This document shows, piece after piece, positions 52,493 to 60,732 of a stretch of 64,000 bases of DNA (position 1 is the stretch's first letter; every line of letters begins with the position of its first letter). This DNA is from Nitrospirota bacterium. GTDB taxonomy: Bacteria > Nitrospirota > UBA9217. A program made the position numbers and the translations under genes. The notes under the pieces were generated by a model, which was given only the letters and a program-made list of their open reading frames with translations, ran no database searches and was not told where the DNA came from. The stretch lies in NCBI GenBank assembly GCA_963737155.1, contig CAVTRN010000002.1, positions 384,001 through 448,000 on the forward strand, in the 5' to 3' direction.

Positions 52493-53188
52493 ATGATGGA
52501 GATAACCAATTTTGGAGCATCTCGAGAAACCAGCAGATTGTACGCATTTGCTTCCACCCTGGCGCTCATCACCATAGCCTACAATCTTGCCGAAGGGGTG
52601 GTCTCAGTTATTTTCGGACTTGAGGACGGGAGCATGGCGCTCTTCGGGTTTGGAGTGGACTCCTTCGTAGAGGTAGTTTCGGGTATTGGGATTTGGCACA
52701 TGGTGCAGAGGATCAGAAATAAGGGCAAAGAGAACCCTGATCATTTCGAGCAAACGGCTCTCAAAATCACGGGAACGGGATTCTACGTCCTGGTCATTGG
52801 ACTCTCGATTCCCGCCGCAATCGGTCTATATCGGGGGCATAGGCCTGTCACAACCTTCTGGGGCATTGTGGTTTCCGTCATCTCCATTGTCACAATGTGG
52901 CTATTGACCCATTACAAGGCAAAAGTCGGGAAACAGCTTAACTCCGAAGCTATCCTTGCCGATGCTGCATGTACGCGAGCCTGTTTACAGCTTTCTATCG
53001 TTCTGCTCATTGCCAGCGCCGGTTACGAAATCACCCATATCGGCGGGATTGACTCTGTCGGGACATTCGCGATAGCGTGGCTTTGCTACCGGGAAGGAAA
53101 GGAAGCGTTAGAAAAGGCAAAGGCCAAAAGTCTTGCGTGTACGTGCGGAGGGAATTGCCATACACAAGAGCCCCCTACCTCAGTCTGA
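52493..53188 (+). CDS. Short cation-efflux (CDF-like) membrane protein
   Basis: YNLAEG..ALFGFGVDSFVEV, LNSEAILADA, six TM, C-terminal CTCGGNCH. Confidence 0.8.
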   Translation: MMEITNFGASRETSRLYAFASTLALITIAYNLAEGVVSVIFGLEDGSMALFGFGVDSFVEVVSGIGIWHMVQRIRNKGKENPDHFEQTALKITGTGFYVLVIGLSIPAAIGLYRGHRPVTTFWGIVVSVISIVTMWLLTHYKAKVGKQLNSEAILADAACTRACLQLSIVLLIASAGYEITHIGGIDSVGTFAIAWLCYREGKEALEKAKAKSLACTCGGNCHTQEPPTSV

Positions 53189-53346
53189 GATTGCCGATCG
53201 GAGAACTCGCGGAATAAAATAAATCGGTATCCGTAAACATCGCTGCTTTGAACGGTTTTTCGCAGTTCGATTAAACTATATTTTCACTTCTCAGTACTGC
53301 AAAAATTACCACTACATGTTTCCTGCAAATTCATCGCTTTACCTTT

Positions 53347-53362
53347 TGGCACATAAGATGCA
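53347..53362 (+). promoter_or_regulatory. Candidate sigma54 promoter
   Basis: TGGCACATAAGATGCA, 65 bp before ATG 53428. Confidence 0.6.
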
Positions 53363-53427
53363 ATTATTAAGACATGACTTAACAGATTTTCGGATTAATC
53401 TTCAAAATAGTTATCGGAGGGCCGGCA

Positions 53428-53844
53428 ATGCCAATTGATATTAAAGTTCTGCATGACGGTATGGGCATACTGTACCATTGTCACGGAACAGTGACTGGCA
53501 AAGATTTCATAGAAGCCAACAAACGAATCCTCACTTTCGACGAACATTTAAAACAGGTGAGATATGGAATCGTAGATGAGACAACAACTGATGACATCCA
53601 GATGGCTGAGTCCGAAATGCTGATGATTGCTGCGCAGGATAAAAAGATAGCCAATCTCGTTCCATCGGGGGCTATTGTCGCTGTAATAGCCGACCGTAAT
53701 TTCGCTTTTGGACTTGCGCGTATCTGGGAATCATTCATTGAACAGACAGGATGGGAAACCATGATATTTAGGAATAGATGGAAGGCAGAAGGCTGGATTA
53801 AGGAAAAGGTTAAAGCGAACTGTGGAATTGATTTAATATTTTAA
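53428..53844 (+). CDS. Hypothetical protein, SpoIIAA/STAS-like
   Basis: RBS GGAGG; VAVIA...FGLARIW...IFR...AEGWI pattern. Confidence 0.7.
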   Translation: MPIDIKVLHDGMGILYHCHGTVTGKDFIEANKRILTFDEHLKQVRYGIVDETTTDDIQMAESEMLMIAAQDKKIANLVPSGAIVAVIADRNFAFGLARIWESFIEQTGWETMIFRNRWKAEGWIKEKVKANCGIDLIF

Positions 53845-54285
53845 TAATTAGCACAAAAGATGTCGAGTAGCGGTCCAGAATTGAAATTATAAAAAGTAAA
53901 AAATTCATTGAAACTTGTTGTGCGAAAGCCTTCCTGAACTTGTTTTAATTTTTAATCTTCTAAGCAGAGCATTTTCCAACCCGTAAATAATATCTCTTAC
54001 GCAGGACTCCCGCATTTCATGCGCTATCATTCGATCATCCTCATGTGGTGGGGGTGTCTTCCGGTAAAACAACCCCATGGTTGCAAATTCCATAAGCATG
54101 GTCTTTTTATAAGATTTATGATGCCCATGATGCAGAATGCCAGATAGGTAAGTAATGACTTCAGCACCGCCGTAATATTTTCTTGGTGCTATGATAATGA
54201 CAGAAATTATTTCGGTGGATAAATATAATAGTGCCTCAGTGTTATATCTATGTCTATGTTAGCTACAACAAAAGGAGGATATAAT

Positions 54286-54894
54286 ATGCCAGTAGAAGAA
54301 ATCGTAAGCGGCGCAACATCAACCAAACATATAGGTAAAGCAGGATTGACTGTTAAAGAGGGTGTCATAAGCAGCCTCAAGGGAATCAATGAGATCGAAG
54401 CAGAGATCGTCAGCCTTGTTCGGAATACCGTGTCCAACACGCTCCGAGCGACGGGCTTCGTGGGAAGCGAAACGATAATTGTTATAAAGGATGTCGTCAA
54501 GGGCGCGATTCAGGCGACGGAAGAGGTTGGCACGGGACTCATCCTGAGCACCAAGAGCGTCACGAAAGGCGTGGTCATGGGCGTAAGCGATGTTGGCGGT
54601 GATGTGCTCTCTGTTGCAGGTCCGACGATCAGAGGTGCAATTAAGGGCGCGGCTGAGGTTGGCGCAGATGTTGCCATGGTTGCACGGCGGGCCATCGATG
54701 GCGTGCTTGAAGCTACGAAAGAAATTGGCGGTAATGTCGAGGAAGTCGCAAAAGTAGCAGTTACGGGCGCCATTGATGCTGCGGCAGCGATTGGCAATAC
54801 TGCAGTTAAGGCAGTCAAGGATATGCTGGTCGGCGTCGTTGAAGGGGCAAAAGAGGTTGCAGTAAGCGTGCTTCCCAACGCAAAAGCGGCGTGA
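54286..54894 (+). CDS. Hypothetical A/G/V-rich protein with 22-aa helical repeats
   Basis: RBS AGGAGG before ATG 54286; periodic (K/R/D/T)G(A/V)(I/V/L) units. Confidence 0.8.
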   Translation: MPVEEIVSGATSTKHIGKAGLTVKEGVISSLKGINEIEAEIVSLVRNTVSNTLRATGFVGSETIIVIKDVVKGAIQATEEVGTGLILSTKSVTKGVVMGVSDVGGDVLSVAGPTIRGAIKGAAEVGADVAMVARRAIDGVLEATKEIGGNVEEVAKVAVTGAIDAAAAIGNTAVKAVKDMLVGVVEGAKEVAVSVLPNAKAA

Positions 54895-55208
54895 CCTGTC
54901 GGCATCTGGTCGATTGGTGTATCCAGAGAAGAAATGATTTGTGCCTGGACAATTCATTCTTCGGAACGGGGAAAGGGTATCCGCAAGGCACGGTTATAGT
55001 GCCGGTTTATGCAGTGATACCCTTTTTAAATGAATAGCGCGAAGATGATGCCGATGAATCCGGAGAGGGGGCTCCGTCTAAGCCAGCTTGTGCTAATGTC
55101 ACGATGAATCCGAAGTGACATCAGGAAGCCGCGCTCAAATGTTCCCCAGGAGCAGGAAAAAATTCTGCGATATTTACCGCGTAGCGCAAATTATTTAAGA
55201 GGGGATAT

Positions 55209-55340
55209 GTGCCTCGCTTCGAGGACGGGTTTTCTTTTGCCCCGCTGTCTTTGAAGGCATTTGTAGCTATGCTTATTATGATGGCATTGTACTATTTGGT
55301 CATTGATTTTATGAAGGTTTGGTATTACAGATTTATAAAT
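55209..55340 (+). pseudogene. C-terminal fragment of a P-type ATPase (MgtA/H+-ATPase-like)
   Basis: FSFAPLSLKAFVAMLIMMALYYLVIDFMKVWYYRF resembles the last TM helix of these ATPases. Confidence 0.4.
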
Positions 55341-55699
55341 CATGAATCGTGCCTCGATTTTAGTATATGGCACCCAGGGCATGTATGCATGATACGATCA
55401 GTATTTACTGACAGTGTCAAGTGCCTCCAATTGGACTAAAACCGCTTTGCAGCGGCTAAAATCTCAACGACACGCCGGACTTAAATCCTGTGCCATTCGT
55501 AAACTCGGTGCCACCCCTTTAAGGTCACCGAAGATCTGCAGTACAAAGGTGTCCTGATATGGACCTACTCTGCCGCGAAGCGCACTAGCATCTACGCTTT
55601 TAATACACACACCTCTCAAATTTATCTGTATAATTAGAGCAATAAATTTAATCTCCCTGTTTGGTGCCGGACCAGCTCGGCTGCGATAGTACTCCCTGC

Positions 55700-55989
55700 T
55701 GCAGATGCCCTGTTTGGTGCATGGCTGATTTTAACAGGACTTATCGTTTTGACCGATTTTAACTTCCATGTAAGCTCAACGATGATTGCCAGCGTGGCTC
55801 GTAGCGGGTGCACTTCTGATGCTAGCGGACCGAGTCGAGAATATTTCAACACACATCCCGGACTTCGTTCTCGGGCTATGGTTTGTTCTCATGTGCCTTG
55901 TTCCGCTCAACATCCACTTCAGTGGAAGCCACGCCATGCTTGAAGTGATCATGTTGCTGGCAGGAGTGCTGATAATCATCCGCCGGTAA
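55700..55989 (+). pseudogene. Frameshifted small membrane protein with duplicated helical-hairpin unit
   Basis: LFGAWLILTGLIVL..F..SSTMIA / LVAGALLMLADR and VLGLWFVLMCLVPL..FSGS..LLAGVLIIIRR, split over two frames near 55790. Confidence 0.45.
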
Positions 55990-56143
55990 GATGAACCAAT
56001 CCATATGCTGTCGCTCGTCAGAATCCTGCCACCGTTTCTGGGGGAGCGTTGCTGACGAATTCGGGGTCAATACTAGTGATTGTATTACGAGCGGCCCGGA
56101 GGCTCACCCAGAGAATATCCAGTCTCAAAGGAGGATGGAAATC

Positions 56144-56530
56144 ATGACTACATCGCAAGAAAGAGGGATCATTAGTCTTCCTTGCCGGAGGAGCGTCACT
56201 GAGACAACGCAACGGCTAGCGGGCATTATCGAGTCACGAGGGATGACAGTATTCTCACAAATCGATCAGCGTGTGGCGGCGAACACTGTCGGACTCGATA
56301 TGAAACCAATGGTTTTGCTCGTATTTGGTAATCCGAAGTCGGGAACACCTCTCATGCAGAAGTATCCTTTACTTGCGATCGATCTGCCTCTGAAAGCGCT
56401 CATATGGGAAGACGAGGCGGGACGTGTATGGGTCAGTTATAACACCCCTGAGTACTTGATGCAGCGGCACGGCTTAACTGAGAAACCATTTCAAGTTGTG
56501 GAAACGATAATTGCGCAGGCAGTGCAGTAG
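56144..56530 (+). CDS. DUF302 domain protein
   Basis: RBS AAGGAGG; GMTVFSQIDQ, LLVFGNPKSGTPLMQ, IDLPLKALIWED. Confidence 0.9.
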   Translation: MTTSQERGIISLPCRRSVTETTQRLAGIIESRGMTVFSQIDQRVAANTVGLDMKPMVLLVFGNPKSGTPLMQKYPLLAIDLPLKALIWEDEAGRVWVSYNTPEYLMQRHGLTEKPFQVVETIIAQAVQ

Positions 56531-56803
56531 CTCCGATGCGGTAAACGTCATGCAAATTCTTAAATCGAGGATTCTCGGTTTTTCAATCATATATGGAGCG
56601 GGCTTCGTGCTCGCGCCCGTTCGCAGCAATACGGCTTGTACGAGACTGTCGAGAATTCCTTGTCGTCAAAAAAATCGTTTTATCCGGCAAAAATAGACGG
56701 GAGATCTGGCATTAACGAAGACAATTCCCGAAAGTACAATGATCCTATCAGTGATTGTAGGTCTGCTTCGGATACAAATTCCGGCAAGAAAGGCCCATTC
56801 CTT

Positions 56804-57277
56804 ATGAAAAAAATGATCTATTATTTGGTTCTCAGCATGAATATGGTGTTGGCCGTTCTAACAGCAGTGTCTTCAGCCCAAGCCGCGCTTGGTGAGCCCG
56901 CAAATTCGGTTACGGCTGATCGAAAGGCCATCTTGTCCGCACGGAGCGCTACGACGATGACCCATGCAAACTACACTGTACAGCAATTTAAGTCTGATGC
57001 AGTTACTGTGAGGGAATATATTTCCCCAGCGGGCATCGTATTCGGAATCGCCTGGAACGGTTTGATGTACCCTGACCTGACGCAGTTGCTCGGTTCCTAC
57101 GCGAATGAATACCGGGAAGCTCAGCGTCGGATGCCCCGCATGCATGGCAAAAGGACCCAGCAGGTTAAAACTGACCGCGTTGTCGTGGAGAAATGGGGGC
57201 AAATGCGAAACCTGCAGGGCCGTGCTTACGCGCCTGCTTTGATCCCTCAAGGAGTAACGATAGGTGAAATCAAATAG
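56804..57277 (+). CDS. DUF2844 domain exported protein
   Basis: Signal peptide ending AQA-ALG; TVREYISPAGIVFGIAW.G..PDL.QLLGSY; G.MR..GRAY.P.LIP.GV. Confidence 0.88.
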   Translation: MKKMIYYLVLSMNMVLAVLTAVSSAQAALGEPANSVTADRKAILSARSATTMTHANYTVQQFKSDAVTVREYISPAGIVFGIAWNGLMYPDLTQLLGSYANEYREAQRRMPRMHGKRTQQVKTDRVVVEKWGQMRNLQGRAYAPALIPQGVTIGEIK

Positions 57278-60098
57278 AGTACCGCTTCTTTTGCTGATTG
57301 TTATACTGCTTGCCGGTTGTGGGAGTTCGGGCGGAGGGTTGAGTGCGCCTGCGCAAACCCTTGTATTCATTTCGGTGACGCCGACCAATCCAAGCATTGC
57401 CCTCGGCACAACGCGGCAATTTGTAGCCACGGGAACTTTCTCCGACAATACGACGCAAAACTTGACAGGGTCAGTGACGTGGAGTTCAACTTCCGCATCA
57501 GTGGCGACGATAAGCAATACGGCCGGCTCCAATGGCCTGGCAACGTCAGTCGGGACGGGGTCAACTACCATAACAGCTGCGTCGGGCGGGATTTTGGGCA
57601 CCACAGCTTTGACCATTACGGGGGCGACGCTTGTATCCATCTCGGTGACACCGACCAATCCAAGCATTGCCCTCGGCACGACGCGGCAATATACAGCCAC
57701 GGGAACCTTCTCTGACAATACGACGCAGAACTTGACAGGGTCAGTGACGTGGAGTTCAACTTCCGCGTCAGTGGCGACGATAAGCAATACGGCCGGCTCC
57801 AATGGCCTGGCAACGTCAGTAGGGACGGGTTCAACTACCATAACAGCCGCGTCAGGCAGGATATTGGGTTCCACAACTTTGACCATTACGGGGGCTACGC
57901 TTGTATCCATTTCGGTTACACCGACCAATCCAAGCATTGCCCTCGGCACAACGCAGCAATTTACAGCCACGGGGACTTACTCCGACAATACGACGCAGAA
58001 CTTGACGGAGTCAGTGACGTGGAGTTCAACTTCCGCATCAGTGGCGACGATAAGCAATACGGCCGGCTCCAATGGCCTGGCAACGGCAGTCGGGACGGGG
58101 TCAACTACCATAACAGCTGCGTCGGGCGGGATTTTGGGCACCACAGCTTTGACCATTACGGGGGCGACGCTTGTATCCATTTCGGTTACACCGACCAATC
58201 CAAGCATTGCCCTCGGCACAACGCAGCAATTTACAGCCACGGGGACTTACTCCGACAATACGACGCAGAACTTGACGGGGTCAGTGACGTGGAGTTCAAC
58301 GTCCGCATCAGTGGCGACGATAAGCAATACGGCCGGCTCCAATGGCCTGTCAACGTCAGTCGGGACTGGTTCAACTACCATAACAGCCGCGTCAGGCGGG
58401 ATATTGGGTTCCACAACTTTAACCATTACGGGGGCGACGCTTGTATCCATTTCGGTTACACCGACCAATCCAAGCATTGCCCTCGGCACAACGCAGCAAT
58501 TTACAGCCACGGGGACTTACTCCGACAATACGACACAAAATTTGACGACATCTGTAGCCTGGAGTTCGTTGTCCACGACGGTTGCCGGCATCAGCAATGC
58601 AGCGGATTCCAACGGTAAGGCGACGTCGGTAGCAATAGGCTCAACCACGATTACGGCCATTTCCGGCAGCATATCAGGTTCTACGACATTGGCGGTTACT
58701 CCTGCAGTACTTGTATCCATTTCGGTGACACCGACCAATCCGAGTATTACCCTCGGGACGACGCAGCAATTTACAGCCACGGGAACCTTCTCCGACAATA
58801 CGACGCAAAACGTGACAGGGTCAGTGACGTGGAGTTCAACGTCGGCGTCAGTGGCGACGATAAGCAATACGGCTGGCTTCAATGGACTGGCCACTTCGGT
58901 TTCCACAGGCGCCACGACGATTACAGCTGCATCAGGAAACGTAGCAGGAGTTACCATGCTGACTGTAATCAGCGGGACAGCTCCCGTCATTAATGTGATG
59001 TCCATCACCGTGAACGGCTCACTCTGCTCGTCCAGCACTTCCGCCGGATATCTTAACAAACCCTGCGTCAGTGTTACGATCTGTACACCTGGATCCACTA
59101 CTGCCTGCCAGACTATTAACGACATTCTTCTGGATACCGGAAGCTACGGGCTGCGGATCTTTCAGCAAGTGCTGACTGTGCCTCTGCAAACGATAGCAAG
59201 CGGTACCGGTTTGCTTACCAGCTGCGTTCAGTTCGCAGATGGCTCGTCCGACTGGGGGCCGGTAGAATTGGCGGGTGTGGTCCTGGGGAATGAGCCTGCA
59301 GTTAATGTCCCAATTCAGGTCATTGATGCTACGTTCGGCACTGTCCCTTCGTCATGCGGTACCCCTGAGCTGAGCCCGGCAGATGCGGGATTTAGCGGTA
59401 TCCTCGGCGTTGGCCTCTTCGACCAGGACTGCGGGCCGGTATGCGTAAGCAGCAACGCGGTCGGAATCTATTACACATGCAGTGGGTCGGTTTGCGATCC
59501 GACTACCGTGCCGCTTTCCAATCAAGTTTCAAATCCCGTAGTGAGCCTCCCTACAGACAGCAACGGTGTGATTGTCCAGCTGCCGGCCATTCCATCAAGT
59601 GGATCACTCTCGGTCAATGGCAGCCTTGTACTCGGGATCGACACACGTACAAACAATGCGTCCAGCGGCGCTACGATGTATAGTGTTAACGATGTAAATA
59701 ACGAAGACTACGGGGAAATCTTGACTGTCTTTGATGGCGTATCCTATGGCAGCGTCATAGATAGCGGCTCAAACGGCCTGTTTTTCACCGCGTCATCTAG
59801 CCAGATTCCGCAATGCAGAAATAATCCGGACTGGTTCTGTCCCGCGTCCACGACAACCCTTTCTGCTGAGAATACGGGGTATTTGGGAACACCGAGCAAC
59901 AATGTTTCCTTCCAAATCGGCAATTTTGACAGTCTCATAAATTCGTCCAACCAGGTGTTCTTTAATATCGGCGGTCCTGTACCTCCATCCACGGATTTTT
60001 TCGACTGGGGGCTCCCGTTCTATTTCGGACAGAGCATTTATGTGGGAATTGAAGGGCAAGAATCGAAACTGGGCACTGGGCCCTATTACGCCTACTGA
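57264..60098 (+). CDS. Lipoprotein with six Ig-like (Big_2) repeats and C-terminal DUF3443 (aspartic-protease-like) domain
   Basis: Lipobox LAGC, 90-aa repeats LVSISVTPTNPSIALGTTQQFTATGT, PCVSVTIC, LLDTGS, NPV, DSNG, IDSGSN, DWGLPFY. Confidence 0.92.
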   Translation: MKSNRVPLLLLIVILLAGCGSSGGGLSAPAQTLVFISVTPTNPSIALGTTRQFVATGTFSDNTTQNLTGSVTWSSTSASVATISNTAGSNGLATSVGTGSTTITAASGGILGTTALTITGATLVSISVTPTNPSIALGTTRQYTATGTFSDNTTQNLTGSVTWSSTSASVATISNTAGSNGLATSVGTGSTTITAASGRILGSTTLTITGATLVSISVTPTNPSIALGTTQQFTATGTYSDNTTQNLTESVTWSSTSASVATISNTAGSNGLATAVGTGSTTITAASGGILGTTALTITGATLVSISVTPTNPSIALGTTQQFTATGTYSDNTTQNLTGSVTWSSTSASVATISNTAGSNGLSTSVGTGSTTITAASGGILGSTTLTITGATLVSISVTPTNPSIALGTTQQFTATGTYSDNTTQNLTTSVAWSSLSTTVAGISNAADSNGKATSVAIGSTTITAISGSISGSTTLAVTPAVLVSISVTPTNPSITLGTTQQFTATGTFSDNTTQNVTGSVTWSSTSASVATISNTAGFNGLATSVSTGATTITAASGNVAGVTMLTVISGTAPVINVMSITVNGSLCSSSTSAGYLNKPCVSVTICTPGSTTACQTINDILLDTGSYGLRIFQQVLTVPLQTIASGTGLLTSCVQFADGSSDWGPVELAGVVLGNEPAVNVPIQVIDATFGTVPSSCGTPELSPADAGFSGILGVGLFDQDCGPVCVSSNAVGIYYTCSGSVCDPTTVPLSNQVSNPVVSLPTDSNGVIVQLPAIPSSGSLSVNGSLVLGIDTRTNNASSGATMYSVNDVNNEDYGEILTVFDGVSYGSVIDSGSNGLFFTASSSQIPQCRNNPDWFCPASTTTLSAENTGYLGTPSNNVSFQIGNFDSLINSSNQVFFNIGGPVPPSTDFFDWGLPFYFGQSIYVGIEGQESKLGTGPYYAY
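57361..58980 (+). repeat. Six tandem 270-bp intragenic repeats
   Basis: Units start at 57361, 57631, 57901, 58171, 58441 and 58711; units 1-4 near identical. Confidence 0.95.
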
Positions 60099-60249
60099 CC
60101 TGAAAAACTGTTATTGAACAATCCGCCATCACTACAGTTGCCCTTCGTGACATACGCAGACATAAACCCCAGTTTAAAAACCCGGGCTTTCTGGCATGTG
60201 TGATAAAAATGAAAACCTATATGGAGATCATTTTACAAGGCGGCACTTC

Positions 60250-60560
60250 ATGAAAAGAAGGTTGAGAGCATGACAGCGCTAAGGGCAGAATGCTGGCCAC
60301 TTGCGGCAGCAGTTCCGGCAGATTTGATTTTGGAAGTTTTAGTGGCAGTGTAACACAAACATTCGTCCCGCTTTTATGTTCTTGGCGACCAACGGTGACA
60401 ACACAGTCTCTCAGTACGCGACCGGGACAGGTGGGGAGCCCACATCCATGTCCACCCCACGGTTGGATCGGGGGATGAATCCTGTGTCGGTCAACCACCT
60501 CAGGCAGATATTAATGGGCAGCGGCATGCTCCGGCGCCCTGCAGCACCGTAGCCACAATA
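60250..60560 (+). pseudogene. Decayed beta-propeller (lactonase-family) exported protein
   Basis: Fragments LATCGSSSG..FVP, TNGDNTVSQYATGTGGEPTSMSTP and GMNPVSV resemble lactonase-type propeller blades; stops and frameshifts. Confidence 0.5.
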
Positions 60561-60732
60561 CAAACTTCGGGATACTTGAGTGCAAAGCCTGCGCTTTTGT
60601 TGTAGGTTTTTCTTCAGCATGGGATATTGCTTCGGGTGAAGACCGCTATAGTATTTTTAAAAGAATTCTGTTCCCAGGTATGTGAATATTGAGTTGAGGG
60701 TCGAACGTTCGTTCCTCACTCTTTGCCCCTTG

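Noticed and set aside
57361-58980. Repeats as a CRISPR array; long antisense/alternate-frame ORFs (56873..57970, 57749..58618)
   Set aside because: Contiguous in-frame 270-bp coding units without spacers; the other ORFs are shadows
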